Notes: a model not told the origin generated them from the sequence alone. 64,000 nucleotides of DNA from Octopus vulgaris (GCA_951406725.2 OX597814.1:178250001-178314000), one strand, 5' to 3'. Shown: positions 1 through 14,867, numbered from the stretch's first letter. A program made the numbers and translations.

Positions 1-110
1 AATTTTGTTTCAATACTCATGCCAGACTGCCGAATATGCCTCGTCATTGGGGCTTCTTCACAGCTCGAAGTAATGTGAATAAATTTTGATTATATATATA
101 TATATATATA

Positions 111-322
111 TACGAGGGGTACTGAAAAGATTTTGGCTTCGGATAAAAGAAATTACAGGAGGATCAGTTAATTATGATTTTATTAACATATTACCCTTAC
201 AGAGTTGCACACTTATTGCAACAATCCTTCAAATTTCTTCGTAGCTCATTCAAGCAAGCTGGGCTCTAACCATGCCTTTCACGATACCCTTAAAGCCAGG
301 AACTTTTCAGCACCCTCTTGTG
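111..322. mobile_element. Tc1/mariner-type MITE (non-autonomous DNA transposon)
   Basis: Imperfect ~28-bp terminal inverted repeats (TACGAGGGGTACTGAAAAGATTTTGGCTT ... AAAGCCAGGAACTTTTCAGCACCCTCTTGT). It starts in a (TA)n run and has no coding capacity. Confidence 0.75.
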
Positions 323-629
323 CATATATATGTGTGTGCGTGTGTGTGTGTATATGTATACATATATCCTAGCAGCTGTCTGCCGGTGGGTAGTACTATG
401 CTGGTGAACATTCTTTAGAGCCTTATATGACCTAGGAGAGCCGTATGCTCCCCTGCCGCCGTTCAGTTTATCAATGGAAATTCAGCTACTGCTACCGTGA
501 CATGACTTCGTTAGAATGGTTTCTTGTTGCCCAATACAATCAGGTGGTATTTGAACTCAAAACGGAGAAAGCCAGAAGTTACACCGAAGAGCATCGCTGC
601 CGACGCGCCAACGTTTATGCCACCTTCTA

Positions 630-750
630 GCCACTGAACAATGAAGTATTTTGTATAGGAATACAACGCGTCGCCTAGTGCGGGAATCGAACCCACAATC
701 AATCAATCGTGAGTAGAATATCCTAACCACTAGGCCACGCCCCTTTACAT
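630..750 (-). mobile_element. tRNA-derived SINE head
   Basis: The minus strand reads GGCGTGGCCTAGTGGTTAGG (A box) ... GGGTTCGATTCCCGCAC (B box). There is no closable cloverleaf and it continues into a non-tRNA body. Confidence 0.7.
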
Positions 751-799
751 TCACGTGCACACACACACATATACAACTATATTTATATATATTCATATA

Positions 800-1270
800 T
801 ATAGGTGTGGATTGGACACAAGCAAACGGAGAACAGATGTGGATGCATTAGTCAGTCGATGGGAAATATTATATAATGATGGGTCATAAGTACAGGCAGT
901 GAAGAGGCAATGTATCTGGTCAAGGAAATGGTGGAGAGAGCAAAGAGACAGGGGAACGACTTGGTCAAATGGAAGAGGGGAGTGAGAACGTAGATTTGCT
1001 AAAGATGAGAGAGTAAGTGTAAGTTATCCTCTATCGTCACAACAGCTATTAAACGATGACTATATTGCTAAATAATGAGAGGTATGGGAAGGTGATCGAA
1101 TGCAAAGGAACCTTATCAGTTATTTCAGACGGTCAAACAAAGAAACAAAAACGAACCCTATCAAAGTGTAGAGACAACCGTTGACGTGCGTGGAAATCGT
1201 GACAACTATCACATATTTACGAGGAGGAATAGGCGAACAAGTGACGGGTGGAATGGAAGAGATATCTCTC
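800..1270 (-). mobile_element. Decayed Penelope-like element fragment of the pyrimidine-rich type
   Basis: The minus strand is C/T-rich and resembles by eye the thumb region of the intact PLE (e.g. ...cttcccatacctctcattat...ctgttgtgacgatagagga vs ...atcccctattcccaattcct...ctgtagtgacgaccagga). Many stops and indels. Confidence 0.45.
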
Positions 1271-1479
1271 AGAGAGAGAGAGAGAGAGAGAGAGAGCATT
1301 AAGTGTAACATGAATGAATATTGAGTTTGATAGGTGAGTGTGATCGGAGTGATGTAACCATACTTATCTGTGTATATGTGCATATGACTATATCTCCATC
1401 AAATATTACATATGTATACACACACACACACACATATATATATATGACCATCCACTGACCATTCAAAATACTACTATCA

Positions 1480-1782
1480 TGGTACTCCCAAATTCTTCTC
1501 CTTCTTCCCCTTTGCCTCCTCCTTCTTTTTCTTCTTCCTTACCAAGAATTCACAACGACCGCGAACCCACAAGAGTAAACAAGAGAGACAGAGACAGGCA
1601 GAAACACGGGAAATGCCACTTGTATTTGAACACTATACAAATACTTAAAAAAAAAAACGTTTCTTTTAATTTTTCTAAATGTAATTATTTAATTGTTACA
1701 GTTGAAAAATCTCAATGACTGAAACCGGTACTGAAATGTTGTTTATAAAATTATTTTAGCATTTTCTATCTTGATTTTTTTC

Positions 1783-1790
<8 letters not shown>
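1480..1790 (+). mobile_element. PLE pseudo-LTR 3' end with degenerate hammerhead-like motif
   Basis: CAG-TTGAAAA-ATCTCAATGACT-GAAAC-CG-GTA-CTG near 1698-1733, then a T-rich tail ending directly in (TA)n. Confidence 0.35.
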
Positions 1791-1847
<57 letters not shown>

Positions 1848-2029
1848 TTTATATAAGCGCTTAAAGCGCAAACATACTACACATATGATATATGTGCGTG
1901 TATATATATATGCATGCATGAACTCATAAGTATGTATGCAGGCATGTGCGCATATATATATGCATGCGTGCATATATGTACACATGCGCGCATATATGTA
2001 TTCACGCATGTATATATGTATGCATGTAT

Positions 2030-2900
2030 ATGACTCCAGTAATGTTCTTCCCTTAACTAATGCTGTCACGGCAATTTGAATTTCTAAATGACCTAGATTA
2101 ATTCGTGAAAATTTGTTTAACCTACTTTTTGGAAGGATAGCAACCAAACTGTTGTGTATTTCCCTCATCAAAATTTTCAATAATCTGTATTTCGAACTGT
2201 TCGAAAGTAACGGATAGTTAATGGAATTATTTAAAGAAAGATGCCTTTTCAAGCACTACTACGCGTTGGTGACGAACATCTTTTATTTTTTTATCCATTT
2301 TGCGGAAGAGACAAATTGAAACGTTCAGTAAAGGAGTTGGCTTTCGTTTTCTTCTGCTAGTAAAACATTTCATAAAAGTTTTGGATTATGAAATCCGTTA
2401 TTTTATTGAATTGCGTATACCATATATAGCTAGTTGGCTGAAATAAATGTTACCACTTATAATGCAGTGTTTAATGGCTATAGTCTGTATTAATCTAGGG
2501 TTGTCTGATTAAAATCAGAATATAATTGAAATTGTTTTCAAGGTTTTGCTTTTATAATATCATAAGGAAAAGATAGTCTAATCCACATATTTGTGGCATC
2601 AGTTGTCTTAACTAAGAGATGAATTTCTAGTAATATTTTCGTAACATCACATGTGAATTCCAACACATAAAACCGATTGTTCTATTGGCTACCAACAAAG
2701 GATTATTGAGAAAAATAATTCATGAATTATGGAATCCAAATTATGGTATGATTTGCAGGAGCGCATCGCTTCCGCAGTTCGAAGCATGCCTGTTTAATAT
2801 AAATACGATTTTGTTACATGCAGTTAACAATATCTTCGTTAGGCATTTGAGTTCAAATTTGATTTCGACGTATTGGTCACTGGTTTCTTACAAATCAACA
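2030..2900 (-). mobile_element. Highly decayed PLE (RT to GIY-YIG) relic
   Basis: Scattered, frame-broken remnants on the minus strand in PLE domain order, judged by eye only. Confidence 0.3.
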
Positions 2901-4029
2901 ATACATGCATGCATACTTACAAACATAGACATGCACACATTCATACATACTAAGTTTTAAAATGCGCAACTACTCACACGCATAAACAGTTTTGAAATAC
3001 ACACACATATACACAAACACATTTGTATGATTCTAAGTTCAAATGTATTAATAGTTTCTGATAATATCCGCTGGAATATAAGTAGGATATAAACTAAAAA
3101 CGTTTATATAACGATGAAGAAGTATTCCTATAGATGCCTACATTCTGTATGTACTCCTAATTTTAATATTTCTTGTATATAAGATGTTGTTTTGCTATAC
3201 ATATTTACAAAGTGTGAAGGACACTAATCAATAACTGCGTTCAATCAAGTAAGGATTAGGACAAATCCCTTTGGAGAACATTATGCATTTCTTCCTTTTC
3301 CCCCAACAGCTGAGAATCGAAACCAATTCTTTCATTTCTGGCTCATTTCTAGAACAAATCCCACATCTTCACCGTAGTACCTTCCGCTCTGAAATTACAC
3401 GCCATGTTACACATATAATCATATAAATTGTATTACCATCTAAGTCTAGTTCAGTATTCTATCTCGTTATGTGTTAAAATTTCCATATTTAATAACGCGA
3501 AATCATTTTCCCAGTCCCTTAGGAAATAATCAATTGTTTTATTCCTAACTGTTCGAATGTTTAATACCTAGGAACATGAAAGTATTACCGAAACTTGATG
3601 AAACGTGATCGTCTTTTGAAGTTGAAGCATGTGTCAAGCAGATAATTAAGGCAACCAAACAATTGCAATAGAGATATCTAAATCAGTTTATATAATTTTC
3701 TTTGTATTGATGTTAAAACCCCTAAGAAGTTATGAACGTCTTTATTATGTTCACTATCAACTAATACGTGCATGCTTTTATATTTTATACTAATGGAACT
3801 TGGTTATTAATACACATGTGTGTGTGTGTGTGTGCTTGTCTGTATATATGTGTGTATGTATTTATGTACGTACACACTAGGATCTAATGAACTCGTTCAT
3901 CACGAAAAATTTGACTGGAATGAGAATTTGAACAGACAGCGTATATGGACGTGACTAAAGATCGCTTGGTACTTGGTTAAGTGATCTATTAATGCTGGTA
4001 CTCATCGTACTGTACCGGCCTTTATAGTG

Positions 4030-4800
4030 GTTTGCAGTTGTCGTTTTAGTAGTAGTAGTTATTTTATGATGATATTGTTTGTAATACTATTGCTCCTTTT
4101 GACAAAAATGTCTTTGTTCTTTAGACCGGATCGCCTACATTTCCAGAACGACATTGGAGTTCGACTTTTATTTTCATATTTGGAACTACAATGCCTGTTG
4201 TGTCCTTCCATTTTCGTTTTAAGTTGAGTGTGAATTTAGTTAAATTTTCTTGCTATTACTTAGAGGACAAACCTTTCGTATAAGGGACAATTAGGTCTTC
4301 AAGAGTAGGCTGCAAAATGTGCTCTTTGAATAATTATCACTTTGACTGCATTCCTTTAAAATTAGAGAAAAGCTAATCTAGATACGAATACTTAGAGATC
4401 CATGTATAAATGTTGCTGGATACATATACACATATATCATATAAAGTGTGTCCTGAGAACTGAATTTACAAACACTTTATCAATAAGTCATAGATGTTCT
4501 CTTTCTCTTGTATTTTTCTTACCACATTGCTGTCCAGATAGCAGCTGATTTCCACAACAAATATATTTTCTGTGTTGTCCTACACAACAATATCTGGTTG
4601 GTTCTGTTTGAAATTAGTGGTGGATTCAATTTTTAGGATTCCTCATTACTCTTTTGACACATCGGTCTGAACATATACATAGGAGATTCATGCAGACCCA
4701 CTCAATACAATTTGATATGTGCTATGCGTTATGAGTAGTCAGCTTATTAGATTTCTCCCGATTAAAAAATGCATTTACGTAATCAACATCCTCATAAAAG
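4030..4800 (-). mobile_element. Decayed PLE (thumb/linker/GIY-YIG) relic
   Basis: The minus strand encodes YLDSNVVRK (cf. FLDV.V.R), then LIVPYTKGLSSK (cf. the PLE linker motif LPY..GLS..I), then a YVG.TG-like remnant. Confidence 0.45.
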
Positions 4801-4904
4801 TGTATTTTATGTGTAAATATACATTAAATACATATAAATTTCTATCTAGCTATTTATCTATATAGATACAAACATATATACATGCACATACATACATACA
4901 TACA

Positions 4905-4940
<36 letters not shown>

Positions 4941-6189
4941 TACATACATATATATATGCGTGTGTGTGTGCATACATACACATGCATACATACAAATATT
5001 TTCTCTTACGCCTAAAAAGTGCAGCCGACCCACGAACTAACAACACACATACCTTGTGTATGTGTGTTCGATTTTGTCCATATTATACATACATACATAC
5101 ATACATGCGTATATGTTTGTGTCTGCGATGGATGTGTATTGTCATTACGATTTTTCTTTGTATGTATATATCTGCTTTTAAGTAGTTGTGTCTTTACACT
5201 AATAGACACAAATGTATAAATATACACTTTTCTGGGGAGAGTTGAATTTATATTTGTTTCGTGTCATTCCTTGAACTCAATGAAAATACTACAATGAAGA
5301 CAGATAGTATTTTGATTAGTAATTTCGTAGCGACCACCACGTGGCTTCCGTATAATGAAAATCTTTACTGTATTGACATAAATAACAACTAAAGTCGTTA
5401 TCTGTTTCTGATGGTGAATTGTTGTTCATTCATCGATTATAATGAGAAAGTTTTCTGAAGTCAATGTGTGTCGTAGTCGATTAATTAATAGCATTAGTAC
5501 TTCAGAGTAAAATCTCACCTAAGTTATCTCCCGATAATGAAATTTTTATGATAGTGGAATACTAACATTGAAAGAATATAATCCTTGCTGAAGCCGGAAA
5601 CGAACTGACGTTTCTTTGACAGTTACTGGATTTAAATTAATCTATCTTCTAAATACAGTAAACAAATTTTACATTATTTCTGACAGAAGTATTATACACC
5701 ACAACAAAAACTTTAAACGGTTAAGCTTTATCTAATGCTTTCAAATGGAGATACACTAATGCTTAAGTTAAAAATGAACTTGATTTCCCATGTCCAATAC
5801 CAGATAGACTACCAACCGTGATTTTGGTGATACTAACAAATATTTTAATTTATTTGGCCGGCTTATTACTGTCTGGTACTCGTAACATTAATTGATTAAA
5901 TTCGTTGTTTTAAACTCTTCATATCTAAAATGAAAATGATTACTGTTTTGACCCAATGATAGACACCTTTATCGTAGTTGCAGGAGTCTGAATGTACGAA
6001 AATGTAAGTATTTCACGAGTTTCAACCAGCCACATGTGGTCACTATCTTCTTTTAAATGAAACAATATGTTTTGTCATAAAAAAGCATCAAATAAGTTAC
6101 AATAACTGTAGAACAAATGCCCTTACATATGAACATGAGAAAGAAAATTCGATAGTATATGAGCGTGAAGGTATAAAAGATAATCCTTT

Positions 6190-7100
6190 TTTTATGTAAT
6201 CTCCTTCCCTTTAGGTTTCTTTTCTATTCACAGACAACTTCAAAGTGATAATCGCACATGTATGAATCGTACTTCATCAGTGTTCAGCATAGGATATCGG
6301 TATATCGAATTCTCTGAACAGGAAATCCAGTTTCTTAGATGTTGCTTAAGCTGTGGAGATTAAGGTCCGTTTGCATTGATGTCTATGGCGAATATTATTT
6401 AAAGGATTTCTTGTTAGGTAATATGGTCTCAGATGAGTGCTGACCAAATAGATTCCTGAAATATCGATCATCAAATTTTTGCTATTTAATTTCAAATACT
6501 ACAGAAAAATCTCTGGAAATGTCGACTAGAATATTTTATTTTGAATTTTAAATAATTGCTTGATATAAAGGCTATTGTGTAACTCCACATGTTTCAATTT
6601 ACCAAGATGACATTTAGATATCAAATATAGAACAAGTCGATGTCAAGGCGAGAGAAAAGAAGAAATCGATTAGATTAGCAATGATTTCTTTGATGGAGTT
6701 TTAAGTAATACATCTTGCTAAGGCTTAGATATTTCATAAAAATATGAATGTTTCCGACTAAAAGTAACAAGAACAGCAAAACGGATTGATTGCTCACTCA
6801 ATTTAATGAAATAGACAGAGCCGGCTTTCACTATTCGCATTTATAAATCTCGTACAGGCATTCGTAGATAATAACTTCCCATTTAAAACAATTTTTTTCA
6901 AAATTTTATTACAGAATACAAAAATATAAGTAAGAAATAACTATGACGTTTAGTAGGGACCACAACAAATATTAAGAAAGTAAAATTTCCTCCTTAGATA
7001 AGTTCTAGTCGGGAAATATTTCACTTGACCCGGTTTTCAAGAAAAGGTAATATCATCAACAGTATTAACGAAAGTTCCACTTATAATACTGTATTTTATT
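6190..7100 (+). mobile_element. Highly decayed PLE RT relic
   Basis: Frame-broken remnants such as LDIS, AFTI and NNFPFKTI occur in PLE thumb order. Confidence 0.3.
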
Positions 7101-7202
7101 GTGAGAAAGAAAAAGCAACTTAATAATGAATGAAAGTCTACGGAGCAGTCAGTATTAGGTACTTCAAATGATGCAAATATTTATTAATATCATTAGATCA
7201 TA

Positions 7203-7410
7203 TAAGGCGGCATGCTGCGCCGGAGAAGATGCTTAGAGGCGTTTCTTCCAATGTTGCGTTCTGAGTTCAAATGCCACCGGGAGGACTTTGCTTTTTATAA
7301 TTTCGAGGTGGATAAAATAACTATGAGTTGAAATCTGGGCTCGATGTACTCAACATATACCCAACCCAAAAATTACTTGCCCTGATCCAATATTTGAAAC
7401 TAATATAATT
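7203..7410 (+). mobile_element. SINE family A, old copy (tail variant 2)
   Basis: AAGGCGGC...TTCTGAGTTCAAATGCCACCG...GACTTTGC...GATAAAATAA...; aligns by eye to 30691-30895 and to 11201-11434. Confidence 0.7.
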
Positions 7411-7942
7411 AATAATTTTTACCAAAAGGCGTGGCCAGTTTTAAAGGAAAATAATCGCATTCAAATTTGTTGTTGGATTAAGAATATCTTTTAAGAATAC
7501 TTAGCACAAAGAGTAGGTATAACACACAAATATGCATATATTTGTTTGTAACTGATGTAGCAGATCAGTTGGATACATTACTGGAAAACTGAGGAATGAA
7601 TAAAAACTATAACGCTATAATTAAAGGAGAAGTGTTAAGCGTTAGACGACAGAGAATTGTTAACATTTACAAAACATTTATTCAGGAAAAGTGTCAGGCA
7701 GACTCGTGTCTTATATCAAATTATACAAAAGACATTACTCATAGATATATGTGTAAGAAGGTAACATATTAATGATAGAACAGGCACACATATTTTCATA
7801 ATAAATACACAAAACGTATCTTAATCATACTCCTTCAATTATACAAGAGAAACTCGGTCAGGATTGAGGAAATTATCACTCGCGTTCTGTATCTCTCTCC
7901 ATGCAGAGTGTGTGCATAAATAAGTATAATTAGATAATGAAA

Positions 7943-7984
<42 letters not shown>

Positions 7985-8011
7985 CACACACACATATATA
8001 TATATATAAAT

Positions 8012-8044
<33 letters not shown>

Positions 8045-8071
8045 AATACACACACACACACATATATATAA

Positions 8072-8139
<68 letters not shown>

Positions 8140-8194
8140 TTATATATAAATATACATATATATGTATGTATATGGATGTAGGTATATATAATAA

Positions 8195-8445
8195 CTACTG
8201 AGAAAAAAAACTTTGGGTTCCAACACTTCCTGCTTGAACAAATCGTTGAATCATGTTTTTTGCGTTCATAATAATTTCTGCTTCTTAGACGTATGTTACT
8301 GCATGCTCCATTAATTAGTACAGTCGACTCCATAGTGTACATCGTTATATTTGTATAAGTTAAATCAATGACTATTGATTTAAAAATTATATCGTCTTTT
8401 TCGTCAAATGTCTTATTTCCGTTCATATGACATCTTTATAAATAA
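8195..8445 (-). mobile_element. PLE GIY-YIG endonuclease fragment between (TA)n tracts
   Basis: ORF 8136..8426 gives MNGN..IIFKSIV..Y.MEST......R..NY......STICS..CW..K, a decayed form of the PLE pattern CP.nG.C...IY.A.V..YiG.T...R..nH...sT.LS..iW.lK. Confidence 0.45.
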
Positions 8446-8450
8446 AATAA

Positions 8451-8509
<59 letters not shown>

Positions 8510-8851
8510 TTTAGTCTCTTTTTTACACTCTTGATTTATATACTTCATATAGCCAACTTGTATTTCCTTGAGTTACCCTCACGAGGATTTTAAGGATCTG
8601 AGCATCCGAGAAGTAATCCGATGTTCATCTATAATGCTTCATCTATAATGCAGTGTTCCCATGTTGTAATCTATATCTCTATCTATCTATATATCTATCT
8701 ATCTATATACATACATACACGGGTGTCAACGCGATTGTATGAAGTTGTATTGTATCCTGTCTACTCTAATCAATTTGTATATCGCATATTATTTTAAATG
8801 GGTTGGTAGATATATGTGTGCGTGAGTATGTATGTCTGCGTGTGTACATAC

Positions 8852-8894
<43 letters not shown>

Positions 8895-8909
8895 CATATA
8901 TATATATAT

Positions 8910-8952
<43 letters not shown>

Positions 8953-8956
8953 ATAT

Positions 8957-9012
<56 letters not shown>

Positions 9013-10135
9013 GTGTGTATGCGTCTATTTATGTATGTATACACAAGCTCATACACACACATAAACTCAGTTTTAATGAAACAATAATTCTCGGATAAAT
9101 AACCGAGTTCTGCGTAGTGGTAAACATAGCATTGAATAGAATATAAAAAGAAGAGAATATTTTAGATAAGAAGAGAAAGAATGTTTGTAATATTTCACTA
9201 TATATCTCAGTCTTGCACTATAAGTTATCTATTACATTTGACGCAACACAGTTGTAAATAACCAGTAAACTGTTCTGAACGCTAAATAGATCTATAGGTA
9301 ATACAATGAGTGAAAACATTGGGACATATAAATACCATTTCTGTCAATTATTTTCCAGTATTTATTTCCTCTGATGCATTCAGAATGGTGATGCAATATT
9401 TTTTCATCCTCATTTCACAGAAACACTATTATCAATGGTAGTAATATCGAGATTGTTGTCATCGCCACTATAAAAATCAACAGACAGGTTAATATTATGT
9501 TTATGATCAGAACCATTTCTTTGTTGAACTTGTACGTCCTATTGTCAATTTTAGTCGGCAACAGCCACCATTTCAGTGAAGGAAGCTCAACTTGGGTGCT
9601 TCATCTGCTAGAAATAGCAGTTACGTCACTCTCAAGGTATAATGTACTCTCTTAAACAAGGAAAGGGCACATTGGATAATGCAATCTGAAGCATATTACT
9701 AAAAAGTGAAAAGGAAAACGGAATAGCCATGGTTGGAGACACTCTAATCATTAAGTTTACGTAAGTCAGAATTGATCTGAGTTTCAAAAATACCAATAAC
9801 ATCAGCATTAACAACAACAGGACCAAATACTGCCACCACAGGCGACAACAGGAACATTGAAGTGAAGAAGTAACTTCTACGAGATCGGTAGCTTTACTAG
9901 AAGTAAAAATATCATTCAGATTAAACTCAAACAGAGCTTACTCCAAAACAGCCGGACCAACATACGTCAAAGAAGAACTGCATTTGAAAAATAAGAAAGA
10001 TTATGCTTCGATATGTTTACCGAAGACTTGGAGAAGACAGTATTATCGACATAAAGTACTCTTCGACTTGTGACCGCTACATCACACTTCAAAGGCTTTC
10101 CATTCCTATGCTTTATCCATTCAACAACAGCAGAG

Positions 10136-10320
10136 TGGAGGCGCAATGGCCCAGTGGTTAGAACAGCGGACTTGCGGTCGTAAGAACGCGGTTTCGATTC
10201 GGAGACCGGGCATTGTGAGTGTTTATTGAGCAAAAACACTTAAGCTCCACAAGCTCCGGCGGGTAGGGGTGGTGAAGCCGCTGTACTCTTTCACCACAAC
10301 TTTCTCTCACTCTTTCTTCC
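10136..10320 (+). mobile_element. tRNA-derived SINE family C (5' half)
   Basis: TGGCCCAGTGGTTAG (A box), GGTTTCGATTC (B box); the body is shared with 53778-54030. Confidence 0.8.
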
Positions 10321-11200
10321 TACTTCTGCCACAAAGCAGAGGAACCATGGTGTAACCCACTATGGTGTGGTAAATTTTCAGACTCTAGTCTAGATTGCGA
10401 ATCATCTGTACCCCAGGATGGTTCAGCTCTCCACCCGTTAAAAAGCCACCGTTTGCCGAATGAGGATAAAAACGCAGCTTTCGCGCCCGTGCAACCGCCA
10501 GTCTATCGCGTGTGTCGGGTGGATCTTCAAGTTGCCACACCCATATCTTAATAGCTTAGAGTAAGCTCGAATTAGTGATTATTCCTTGTGGCTAATGGCG
10601 TGTGTCCTGACTGGAAGAAGAAGAAGAAGGAGACAACAGCAGAAGCAACATCTGAACCAATACCAATGACAGAAACTCTAACACACCCTACACGTGTCCT
10701 AACATCAGCCATCACTGTTACTGTAATCAATTCTGTCACAAATATTACATCGTTAAAGCTACTGACCATTCACTCTATCACAGAAACCTGAGTGATGCTA
10801 ATATCGTCAGTATTACATCTTATGACAAAACTTATCAACTTGGTACCGCTACGAACACCACCACACCATGCGTAAGCAGTATGAGGTAAATCTAAACCAC
10901 CATAAAAACCACCACCAGAACCATCACGAATAATACGGCTGGCATTAATATCTCATTAAAATCCGCACTTAGCTCTGGCAGTAGCAGTATATCGCATCAT
11001 CACCTCTCTCAGATACAAGTCCATATCGATTGTGCTACCTACTAACTAGTAACATTTCAGCACCAAAGCGAAACCCATCATAGCGTCTCCACCATAAGCA
11101 TTGCCACCAGATCCATCAAATCCACTATCTGATCCAACTATATCACACCATAAAATCACTACCACCTGTTCAACCGGCAATCACTTCAACAAAAACTGCC

Positions 11201-11434
11201 TATTTCTTTACTACCCACAAGGGGCTAAACCCAGAGAGGACAAACAAGGACAAAAAAATGGATTAAGTCGATTATATCAACCCCAGTACGTAACTAGTAC
11301 TTATTTAATCGACCCTGAAAGGATGAAAGGCAAAGTCGATGTCGGCGGCATTTGAACTCAGAACGTAATGGCAGACGAAATACGGCTACGTATTTCGCCC
11401 GACGTGCTTACGTTTCTGCCAGCTCGCCGCCTTA
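11201..11434 (-). mobile_element. SINE family A, full length (tail variant 1)
   Basis: Reverse complement of the 30691 copy. It retains the central GACTTTGCCTTTCATCCTTTCAGGGTCGAT block and has a 15-bp TSD with 2 mismatches (TCAACAAAAACTGCC 11186-11200 / TCAACAAGAACTACC 11435-11449). Confidence 0.9.
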
Positions 11435-12525
11435 TCAACAAGAACTACCACTAACATTACTGAAAATTTAGCAGCAAATCCAGTCCCTACAACTTGCAAC
11501 ATTATAAATTTTCTATCACCAACAGCACCTGTCTCACCAGTCACCATTCCCATGCACAAACCATATATTCCACTCTCATGGTCCCAGAAGACTTAAATTT
11601 TACCAAGCAATTAAATACCATTACAAAACAAAAACACCAACAACACCAGCAATATCAGCGCTACTACCACCTCAAATGCTAGCACCATTATCACAAATAT
11701 CAGTTTCAGCATCATCTTCATCATAACTCCATCACGGCCACGATCATGAAGCATAACCAATCATCACCGTCAAACACCACCAGCATTAGCAGGTTTTATA
11801 GCTATTTCTATCAAATACATATATGTATGTATGTATGTGTATTTGTATGTGCGTGTGAGTATATACATATGTGTGTGCGTATGTACATGTATATATATAC
11901 ATGTGTTTATGTGTTTGTAAGTGTATGTGTGTGCGTGTGTGTATGCATGTGTGTTAATGTGTGTGCGTGCATATACATATATTTATGAGCGCGAAACAAG
12001 GCCTCCAGTGGACTAACAGAACGAATTGAAAGTCCATTTTGCAGAGTGTAGCTATAGGGCAGTGAACATGTGAAATCCCATGTGATAATACTTCATCTAG
12101 ATAGAAGAAAACTATCATAATAGATGTATCTAAAAGGAGAGAAAAAAAAAGCTGAGAGAACTTTTTGCATATAGTTATACAGAGTCTCCAACATGTAATA
12201 TAATGAAACAATTTATCAAAACGATCTATACACACATACATACTCACGAAGAAGACAAGTGATTCATACGCTAGCGTAGCCATACGCGGTCAGGAATATA
12301 CATAGGTACACACAAAGAAGTACATACATATAAAGATACATAGTTGAGTTGCAGTAGGTAAGAGAGAAGGAGAGAGAGAGAGAGAGAAGGAGATTCAAAC
12401 GAGTGTAATCAAAGATAATGTTTGGAACTGCGTATCTGGTTTATATGTATATTATATACACACATACAAATATAAAAGTCAATAAAGGTACTAATGTTAG
12501 ATATTTTATGATTTTCTTCAGGGAA

Positions 12526-12570
<45 letters not shown>

Positions 12571-12809
12571 ACAAAACCTTGGAGAATCTGGTGCGATTCG
12601 AAACGCTAATGCTTTCATGGTTAATATACTCCAAATAAAATCAGTTATAATCTACACAGCAAAATGCATTTTGGTGTGTCGTTGATATTTTAGTATCATT
12701 TGCCTTCTTAGTTATTAGATTAAAAGCACCATATAAATGTTTGTATGTGTGTGTTGCATACTATATTTCTGTACTGTGTACGATTTTATGTATATAAGAG
12801 TATGTGTAT

Positions 12810-12843
<34 letters not shown>

Positions 12844-13049
12844 CGTGCGTGTCTGTGTGTATACATTACATGCATTATACATACCCACCTATCTATATAT
12901 TTCTTAAATACCACTTTGGATAAGTGGTATTTAAGAAATATATGTAAAGACATATGTAAATAGATGGGCTCATGGTGACAGACAAAGGGAAGTTGGCAGA
13001 GATTTGCAAAACCTTCTATACCAACCGTTTTAAAATCGTCACCATAATT

Positions 13050-14230
13050 TTCCATCCCAAGAAATGCTGGAAGAAGTGCTGGAAGAAGTGCAACCTACTG
13101 TGTTCAAAGTAATTGAATAATTGTGTAATTGAAAATGGCCTCAAAGTGGTGAAAACAGACAAAGCTCCTGGGAAAGACGGCGTCACGACAGATATGTTAC
13201 GATGCGGAAGTGAAGAGATGTAAAAAAATCCTCGTTCTACGCTTCAAACGCTATCTGATGGAGGGTAAAATATCGTCACTTTTGAAAGAGTCACATACCA
13301 TGTTGCTTCATACTTAGGGTGATAAAGAAGATTTAAATCCTATCGTCCCATATGCCTCTTGCCTCTACCTCTACATCTAAAAGCTCTTTACAAAGGTCAT
13401 AGTCACTTGTCTATCGAAACAACTCGATGACAAATATCCAAGACAGTGAGCTGTGTTAAACTCAATATGATAGATAACGAAAGAATGAGTAAAAGTTACC
13501 TCTGTGTATCGTTTTTGGTGATTACGAAAATGCCTTTAATGGCGTCAATGATTGCAGTGTTGAAATCTCCGGAAATGCATGGTGCCGAGGTGCAAAACAC
13601 GAAACTGCTTGGAGATGCGAAATCTAGAGGAATAACACATAACTCTACTATCACTACCAATAAAGGTCCATCACTCCAAAGCTTTTTACCACATGTTTAG
13701 AAATGGTCGTCAGGACCATTAACTGAACAGGAAGCGTGAATATTAATGGCGAGCAAGTAATACGTTTTCGACACTTACTCATCGTTGTAACCACAGATGA
13801 GTCCCAGATCCTGCTGACAGAGCTAGAAATCATATAATGTAACAGTAGACCTTAAAAATATACAGCATGAAAACAAAATATATGTCATTGGAGGACGTAG
13901 CACTTATCAGAATAGAGAAGGATAGCGATGAATTTGGATAGGTATGTCTAGTTAGAGCACACAATGAATATGGATGCTGAAACCTCAAACACATTGAGGA
14001 CGGGATGGAAGATGTTTATCTCAATAAAAGATGGGCTCAAAACAAAGAAACACAACATCATTCGTGCCAGAATCTTCAGTTGCGCCGTCCTCTTATTCGC
14101 AAGTGAGACGTGGACAATCACGAGAGGATAGAAAATCGATTTGCTACATCGCAGAGGCCCATGAAAAAGAATGAAAAAGTAATCATGACAGAATCGGAAG
14201 TGCATTGTCATCAGCGATGTAACATAGCAT
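13050..14230 (+). mobile_element. Decayed RTE-clade LINE reverse transcriptase region
   Basis: Translates with stops and shifts as IENGLKVVKTDKAPGKDGVTTDML...MLLH..GDKEDL..YRPICLL...KLFTKVI...LCVSF.DYE.AFN.V, and later LLFASETWTI. Confidence 0.8.
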
Positions 14231-14805
14231 GTGATGGTCTGATCAATCCAGTGATTCTGTGATATGTATATATACACAAATGTTTATATTTTCGTGTTAT
14301 AATAGAAATGGATGATAAGGCATGAGCTGTGTAAGTTGATTCCGCTTTTGTATGTTCTCTGTTAGGATTTCGGAGAAATTTTCATTGATTTGTTTTATAA
14401 TAATATACCCTGTTTGATTTAATAAAATAAAATCTGGATAGATGAGCATTTTTCTATAACGATTTACACTCGAACAAATCGCATATGAGGTCGCAATATG
14501 CCGATATTTTGCGATATTCTCTTGTTTCAGATTGTGGTAATGTCCAGCATATATATTTATGACTATTTGTATGTGATTCTCCTTGTATAAGCTGAAGAAA
14601 TATTCAGACGAGTGTATAGGAGCTTATAAGCATTTAGCTACCAGACACACAGCAGTACACCACATAGCATATATTGAATATATATATATATATATACTTA
14701 TTATAACATATATTTTTGTTTTAATACGTTTTGATTTCTTTTATATGCCTTTACGTTCCACTACTAATATTGCTGTTCATGATTTTCTCTTTATTTTGTT
14801 GACAT

Positions 14806-14867
<62 letters not shown>

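Noticed and set aside
7835-9098. ORFs rich in YI/CV/HT repeats here and throughout (e.g. 22033-22764, 46035-46594, 59719-60069)
   Set aside because: They are stop-free readings of (TA)n, (CA)n and (TATG)n, with no coding signal.
10136-10215. Possible tRNA gene (also 670-750 minus and 32961-33035)
   Set aside because: A and B boxes are present but there is no complete cloverleaf or T-run terminator, and the sequences continue into repeat bodies. They are SINE heads.
10588-11790. Thr/Ser-rich mucin-like reading (TTAEATSEPIPMTETLT...)
   Set aside because: All frames are broken by stops and a SINE is inserted. It is better explained as decayed ACC/ATC/AGC cryptic repeats.
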